Assembly (NCBI GenBank): GCA_020137815.1
Contig: CM035354.1
Coordinates: forward strand, 5,828,001 to 5,892,000
Length of the DNA stretch: 64,000 nucleotides
Reading direction: 5' to 3'
DNA from: Hormiphora californensis
Taxonomy: Eukaryota > Animalia > Ctenophora
Shown in pieces: positions 56,754-64,000 of the stretch. Below the pieces are notes generated by a model. That model was not told the DNA's origin. It was given only the letters and a program-made list of their open reading frames with translations, and ran no database searches. A program made the position numbers and the translations under genes. Each line of letters opens with the position of its first letter. The stretch's first letter is position 1.

Positions 56754-59132
56754 TCAGTGTGAGCCTGTGATAACACGGTGCCGGAAGGTGGTAACTCGAA
56801 CCCACCAGCTCGTTCTGAGGTCCTGTTTCATCCAAATAAAGAAGATGAAAAAGAAGCACCCCTGCAGGGAGGAGAAAACAGCAAACAAGTAGCTGAGAAT
56901 GGTAGATTGAATGAAGAATCCTAGGACACCAAATAACCAGGATAAACCGAATAGCACGCTTAGGGAACACACTGCTTTTGCCTGGGGAGAGGGTCATGTG
57001 TTAGTGTCACTAATAGCACATCCATCCAGTCCTTAAACTCAATGAATCGGGAATATCACAGAAATTTAGAATCAAGAGCTAAAACTTACACGTTTAGCGA
57101 TAGATCTCAATATAATCTCATTGGCTATCTTTTGCCGGAGGTTCACCTGCTGCAACTTCTGAAAGTAGTAGTGGCACATCACCCTCCATACAACACTACT
57201 AGTGCAAATAGACCGACCAATCCTTCATATTCCAATCCTCACTCCCCTATAACTCATTCACTCTCAAATCCACTCATATAGTCGAATTTTTTAATCAAGG
57301 GACAGGGGGCCGCGCATTTACAAAGTCTTTTTGTGCGTGCTAAATGTTTTCGCTCATATCTCCTCTTCCTGATAAGATAAAGACTTGATCTTGGTTGCGT
57401 TGGAAAGGTCTTTAAATTATCTTTCCAACGCTTCCGGGTTCAAGTCTTAAGATTGCCAGGAACTTGATCTCGAGTGTCAAGTGCAAATACAACGCCGCGC
57501 GACCTCTCTGAATGCGCGGCCCCCTGTCCCTTGATTAAAAAATTCGACTATATTTGATTCACCCATGGCCATATTCCATAATTCACCAGCCCCTCTCTCT
57601 CACACGCAGTCATATTATATCCCCCCACACTTCCCTAATCCCCCTATCTCTGCTCACATTATTAGATGGTATGGAATGCAGGACAAGGAGGAGGACCACC
57701 AGGTTAAAGATGACTGTGAAGGTGACTGGGGGCAGGAAGAACATCAGAGTGCCTCTCTTAGTCAACCAGCAACTGAAAATGGTACGAGTTTGGGGGGGGG
57801 GGAGGTTGGGTGTGTTGTTCCAGTCCAAAGCTGTATTTTGTAGTTGTAAGTTAGTACTGTACATTTCTCTATTTCATATTCTTTTTCTTTCACTCACAAC
57901 TTGGTCCGCTCGTAGAAGGTCTCATTGGGAAGTAGAGACATAGCCACAATGGCTATCGCGAAGAGGGGGTTAATAAAGGCTGTAAACCTCAGGAAATCAT
58001 TAGTTATCCGGGAGTTGTAGACCCTTACCACCGCTTCATACAGCGCATACCCCTCTACAGCCATCCACAGTACACTGGAGAGAGCAAAGAAGAGGATGAC
58101 CACAGCAAATGCAGTACACAGCCAAGGTGTGGTAGTGCTGTCGTGACCTAGGATAAAGGCACCGTTCATACACAACATGTTGAGACATAACCAGATATGT
58201 ATCCGTTGAGAGGTCATTCGTCTGGTTGATCTGGAGAGAGGTAGGGTGAGAGGCACTCGTAGTAGCAGTAGTAGTAGTAGTTGATCTGGGGAGGGGATTT
58301 AGTTGGAAATAAACTGGGTAATGAACATCTTAGTTAGTTCCTTGTATTTAGTTGGCAATGAACTGCTAGTACTTATTCTAGTTTGTATTGTACCTTGTTG
58401 AATTGTACATACGGAGCACGAAACACAGTGTCAGGCGACTCAAGTACCTTGTAGCTAGTAGTATGACAGCGGACAGGAGAAGGAAGAAAGATGAAGTTAG
58501 GAGACAGTAGGTTGTTATTGCCTCTAATACTTCATCATCTGCACCTGTCAGGCTCTGGAGGGAGGTTGGTAGCAGATTAGGGGTGAGGGAATAGGGGGAG
58601 TTCTAGTTCGTTATTTCCAAATGTAATGTCATTGAAACAACACAATTTACCAATAACAATAAGCAAGAGATTTATGTAGGACTTTATGTAGGGGCACAGT
58701 TGGATTGGATTGGTAGTGGACGGGGACCTGCTTGACGGGATCTCTAATTTACCAATAATAGAGAGAAGCTGGTGAGGTGTGAGCTGTGACATTCCACACT
58801 GTTATGATCTAGTTTTATCTTCTTTATCCCCTTGGTGGACCATGCTCCTGCTCCTTCCTCCCAGTATACACAGTCTGCTAGACCCCAGCTCTGGAAGTAG
58901 AAGTAATAGTTAGAGTGTGTCTTGTGGCCTGTTTTCTGGAATATGCAGGGCTATCTCATTTATATCCAGGGTAACGTCCCCCCCCCATCTGTACGAGAAG
59001 CTGAAGTACTCACCTTAACCGAAGTTTCCGGTTCAAATCGGAGTGTGATCACAGGCTGAGTCTCATTGATTTCAAATTCCCTGATTCTAACTTCGATCGT
59101 GTATGGCAGGATGCCCGCTGAGAGAGAGAGAG

Positions 59133-59180
<48 letters not shown>

Positions 59181-62100
59181 TGAGAGAGAGAGAGAGAGAG
59201 ATACACAGTAATTAATCGGCTTGGCTCACACAAACTAAACACCATAATTCCGTTCTCAACTTCCCCAATTCTTGCTACTGTTTATTTGTCTATCAAACAC
59301 CACGTGTATAAGAGTCACGTGACATACCACGTGACGTCACCATGGCGTCCTCGTACTGGAAGGAATCTTGCGGGAGCAGGCTGTCTATGTTCATCAACGA
59401 GGACCGACATCATGACGTCATAGTGACGTTCAAAGGTTCCTCCTCCGCCTCTAACATCAACTGTCACTATGTGGTGCTGGCGATGCACAGTTCAGTCCTC
59501 AAGGAGACAGTGGACAAGATCCCAGTGAGAATGGGCAAGAGAGTCCTAACGTTCTCTGATCTATCCCAACAAGACCAATCCACCTACCACGGATATCTTT
59601 TTATCCTTTTACACGGGGAGAACTAGAGAATAACAGAGTCCAACCTGCCCTATTTGTATCAGTTCGCACTGGAAAACAGGATAGGGTGGATCCAGGAACA
59701 GGTTCTGGTGGAACTCCACACAATCCTGAACGAGGGGAACCTACTGAAAACTGTTACATGTGTCAGAGAAGTGCAGATGCAAGAGACTGCGATCTGAAAT
59801 AGCCCTGTATCTTGTCCGAACACGGCTCTCTGACTACAACAAGATCATGACGTTAGACCAACTGAGGGAGTTATCACCCAGCACCATTCTCACCTTCCTA
59901 ACCTGCCACCAAGCACCTGGATAACCGACCTGAGAGGGCGACCCTGGAGGCCATTGTGGGGTGGTTGGTAGGCAGTGAGGTGAAGTTAGCCTACACAGAA
60001 CAGCTGTTAGGTCTGATCCAGTGGCAGAGGTTGGCGGGGTCTGAGGGTGAGGTTGAAGAGGTAACCTCATACCTCACACACAACCTCCTCCCAAAACTAA
60101 ACGAGGTACAGGAGGAGTTTGTAACCAAGTGTATCCAAGGGGCAGCCAACTATGCGGCATGTTCCAACACCCTGGCAACCGCTCCTGCAGTACTAATGAC
60201 CAGCAGGTGGGCTGGTATACCTGCCGAACTGGCCCACTACATCCTATCCAGTGATAGTCTAGCTGTTGCTAACGAGTATGTAGTGGCTGAGGCGGCCATG
60301 ACATGGCTGGATCGTGCTGGAAAGGGGGTCAGTGATGAGGATGTTAGAGGTATGATTGGAACTATTCGAGTGGACAGACTACACAGTCAGTATGTGTTGA
60401 GAGTCCTACAACCTGCTGTTCTGGGTCACGGTGTCAGTGTGAGCGAGTTGAATGAGATGTGTGCAGTGAAACACCCTCCCCGAACTGTTGCTGAGGAGAC
60501 TCCCGGGGGCTCCATTGTAAAACTCACCCTCCCACCACCCAAGAAACACCTGAGAGACATCATGAGGGAGGGGGTCTACACCCTAACTGGTATCTGCAAG
60601 TGTAGTTATCATCTAACTACCGGAGCTGACCACTGTCTCTCAGTTACAGTATCTGTAACTAGCAAGGCGGCACCAGCTATCTCTATCAGAAACTCACAGT
60701 GTACACATTGTAATAGAGTGGCACTACATCTCTACTACACCGCAGGGACTACCACAACTAGGTATACATCCCTCAACTGCTCCCCACTACCCCACCTCCG
60801 GGAACAACTCCAGGCGAAGGGAGGGGAGGTGTTTGTGGTGTTGAGCGGTGCAGAGGACAGGTGTAATGCGGTGAGGAAGGTGACATGGTACAAGACGGAG
60901 TTGAGAAGGGTACTGCGGACACTATCCAATGATAATGTTACCTCCCTCACTGAGTACGAGATTCTGGATGCCGCTCTCGATTGGTTGGATTTCAGACTAC
61001 CTGACAGGACCTACCTAGAGACAGTGTTAAATTGTGTTAGAGTGGATCTGCTTCATCCGAACTATGTTAAAGATGTGTTAGGTAGCCATCTGAGACGGCA
61101 GTATATAGCCCGGCCTGACCTCCTGAAATCCCTCCTAAAACGAAACAGCAAACCCCGTCGTGGCTCCTCTCCCCCGTGTTACCGACAGATAATAACCTGC
61201 CCGGTACCCCGGGGTGTCCTAGAGCTCACCCACGGTACCCATCACGTGTATGAGGAGTGTCTGTGTGAGGTTACTCGGTGTGGGGATGAGTTACACGCTG
61301 GAACCCTTACCATCACACTAACTGTTAATGTGAGGGAGGTACCGGCACTTTCTGTCGCGGTTAAATGTTCCAAATGTAACATATCCCTTCGTCACGCTTA
61401 CCTCACCACATCGGCACCCCTGCCATACCACCCTGGCCTGACCACTGCCTCTGTGTATAGATTGAGGAATATCTTTGGGATGACATTACGTCACCATGGT
61501 AACAATGACGTCACTAGTGATGATGATTCTAGCGAGGGTGTGGAACCCTCCCCTCGGGATGGATCACTAGTACGGGACAGACCGGGGTCTTTTCCAAGGA
61601 ATCTCAGGGTCGGACAACTCCCTGTGGATACACTTGCATTGAACATCATTCTAGGACCGTAGCTATGTTGTCAATGGGGTGGCTGATTATATTGGTGGGA
61701 TGTCACTTACCAGGGGCAGTTTGTGAGGATCCTGGATCTGTATCCAGACGTAGGATTTGAATCGTCCGGAGGTTATTTTCTGGCCAAGACAGACTTTTTG
61801 AAACAGATACACCGCAACCTGACAGGGGGTTAGATAGGAATAGAAAAGGGAGAGACAATCTGTCAGTATGAGATATTGGAAGAGATCTAGCCCTGTCGAA
61901 TAGAACGAATCTCTAAAACAAACAAATATTTGTCACGCCTCACCAACGGCTTTCAATACAGCACTGACCCTTAACATGGAAAGAAGTGGGGTTGAATCGG
62001 AGCCTATCAGTAACGTGAATAGAGACTTCAAAGTGTTGCCGATAGAAGTAGTGGAACTCGTTACCCATTGGTTTGATGTTGGACACTATGAGTCTCAGTG

Positions 62101-63744
62101 CTTCGTATAGAGATGTTTTATTGTTGGGGTGAAGGGAGTTGGAGGAGAGGGCAACTCGACAGTAGTTCAACCATACTGTAACGTCCTGAGTTGATTATAT
62201 TTGATGTTGATGTTGATATTTTATCCTTTTCTGAATTCAAAATTCAAATTAAAGTATACATCCGATTATTCTAATTTAGTAACAGCAATATAATGAACAG
62301 TTTTACCCTAGGCTGAGTTGTTTGTACTCGTAGGTTCAATAGAAGTTCTATAAGACTCTCCAGGGCTGGTTCCTCTAAGTATCCTATTGTTATTGTCTCC
62401 TCTATCATCCGTAGTATCTCTACAACTGTACTGGCCGCTGAATACTGAATTTTTGGGGGTTTCTGAGTTTCTCTTTGGGTCTGATCTACATGTTGGGATT
62501 TGGGTCTGATCTGAATAGGCATTTACCCGATGTTGGGCTTTGGGTAAATAATATCTGGGAGATGCAGGACTGTGATGGGAGGTGGAAAGTATGGTAAACT
62601 TCAGATACCTGTAGATGGTAGTTCATCATAACAAATGCCTTTCCCAGTGTTCTCCTAGTCACTACAAGACACTCCACAGTACCCCTGATAGCATCCCACC
62701 TTCCATTCTGCCCACATTGCCTGGTGATGTGTCTGGAGAGAGTGAGACAGGTTGTAGGATCAACTCTGAGCCTCACTGAGGTGCCCTCCTCTGTAATTGG
62801 CCAGTGTAGTCCTGCGTAGTTGTCACTGGTACACTGACCTGACAGGTATATTGTGGGAGATTTGAATCTCAGAGTTCAAATTTAAGATGGGGAGAAATTT
62901 ATCACCCCGTTTAGTGGTCTCTAGAGAAGAGCTGGATAGGATAGGGATCAGGATTTTCAAATAGTTTTCTTACTGAGAGTGTTGAAGGAAAACACGCCAG
63001 GTTTTGTGTAGGTACAGGTCAGTACAGGACCTTGCTGGATCTCTCCCTTCACCCAAGATCCATCCCAAGATAGACATCGTAATCTCCTTCCCTGTAGTAG
63101 TCAGACATGCATTATGTTAGTATTTTAATTTAGGAATGTCCGAGTCAACCAGAATATGTTAGCGGCTAACTTAGCCCATAGCCATATCTTGAGCCAATCT
63201 GAGCAAGTGAATACAAAGTGTTTCAATATATCTCTACTAACCGAGTGATGTTTTGCTGATATAGTGACATTTGCAGGTACAATGTCTGTCCCACCTACTG
63301 TCACCAATATAGTTGGGTGATTGGTCTCACTGTCAGCAACACCACCATCATTGTTGAATAGTCTGCTGGTGGACATCCATACCAGCTGTACCATTTCCCC
63401 CGCTAGTCCACCCCGTACTGTCACATTTAGACCTGGATTAGATGTTGTAAATAAGAAGTTGAGATATAGTTCAGTTCTTCTTGCAACCTCCTTGTCCCCC
63501 TAAGTTAATTTTTCCCTAGCACCCCTGTCTGCCTACCACCCCTGTCTCCCTTGACCCCTGTCTCCCTACAATCCCTACTATACCATCCCTTCTTACGGTT
63601 ATCTCGTCCAATATAGTGGTTAGCATGGGAGTGATCCAGGACCGTACTAAATATCGTCACATTATCAGCATGATACACACGGTGATATGTCACGTCTCCA
63701 GTAGGCACGTGTTCTAGCAGCTCACTTAGCAACTGGTAACCCCT
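56754..63744 (-). CDS. Adhesion GPCR (GAIN-like - HRM - GAIN/GPS - 7TM); 5' end probably beyond the window
   Basis: HRM C..HWPIT..RQCGQNGRW..C; GPS CVYW..WSTKG..ECHSSHLTSF; secretin-type TMs IHIWLCLN, WMAVEG, CWL, LFGLSWLFG, SLQGCFFF. Confidence 0.92.
57279..57550. mobile_element. ~270-bp MITE with TA TSD in an aGPCR intron
   Basis: TAGTCGAATTTTTTAATCAAGGGACAGGGGGCCGCGCATT ... AATGCGCGGCCCCCTGTCCCTTGATTAAAAAATTCGACTA. Confidence 0.92.
59120..59200. repeat. (GA)n microsatellite abutting an aGPCR splice acceptor
   Basis: Imperfect dinucleotide run reading ctctctcag on the minus strand. Confidence 0.95.
59301..59340 (+). promoter_or_regulatory. E-box/CRE cluster immediately upstream of the BTB ATG
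   Basis: Three CACGTG (one as GTCACGTGAC) and an overlapping TGACGTCA within 40 bp. Confidence 0.45.
59342..61662 (+). CDS. Intronless BTB/POZ protein with multiple BACK-like repeats, nested antisense in an aGPCR intron; indels at ~59600-59950
   Basis: HDVIVTF..CHYVVLAMHSSVLK (BTB); ILSSDSLAVANEYVVAEAAMTWL and TLSNDNVTSLTEYEILDAALDWL (BACK). Confidence 0.85.
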
Positions 63745-64000
63745 GAAATAGGTTGTTATTGAAATGGGTTCAGGGCTACCTGTCTGGCGGCGCTGAGATC
63801 GGGTCAGTACCGCCAGACAGGGGGCTACTAAGCTACAGTTGCGTTGAATTATTGATCTTGTTTGGTCATTGATTGAAGGCAGTCGAACGTGTCAGCCACA
63901 ATATTATGATCTTGTTTGAGCAGTGTGGCTAATTAATGAACATGATGTGTACCGTATTTAGATCTACACGGTATATTTACTGCAATTACTCTGTATTTTG

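Overview
Compact, gene-dense animal (non-bacterial) genomic DNA with short GT-AG introns, several intronless genes and many transposon insertions. Divergent proteins, nested antisense intronic genes and acceptor-like AGs just before start codons fit a ctenophore-type genome (inference only). Genes: ADRM1/Rpn13 (partial), hyccin/FAM126, a PAN/ricin-like membrane protein, a DNAJA-like co-chaperone with no visible J-domain, a frameshifted PPCDC, a VWD-C8-VWD-C8-EGF secreted protein, an SLC6 transporter, USP4/11/15-like, DUSP12, CCDC87-like, an adhesion GPCR and a BTB/multi-BACK gene inside one GPCR intron. Mobile DNA: a near full-length L2/CR1-type LINE, a 5'-truncated LINE nested in a MITE nested in a tandem repeat, a structured SINE-like insert and about seven fold-back TIR elements with TA or TTAA targets. 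Best candidates for new biology: an adhesion GPCR with an apparent second GAIN/GPS module, a LINE whose ORF2 seems reachable by a -1 shift at A_AAA_AAC, the J-less DNAJA, the BTB protein with a repeated Cys/His module, intron-nested Gly-rich microproteins, and a SINE with partial HDV-ribozyme features. Caveat: scattered 1-bp indels (mainly 18-31 kb and 59.6-60 kb) suggest imperfect consensus, so frameshift-based claims need read support.
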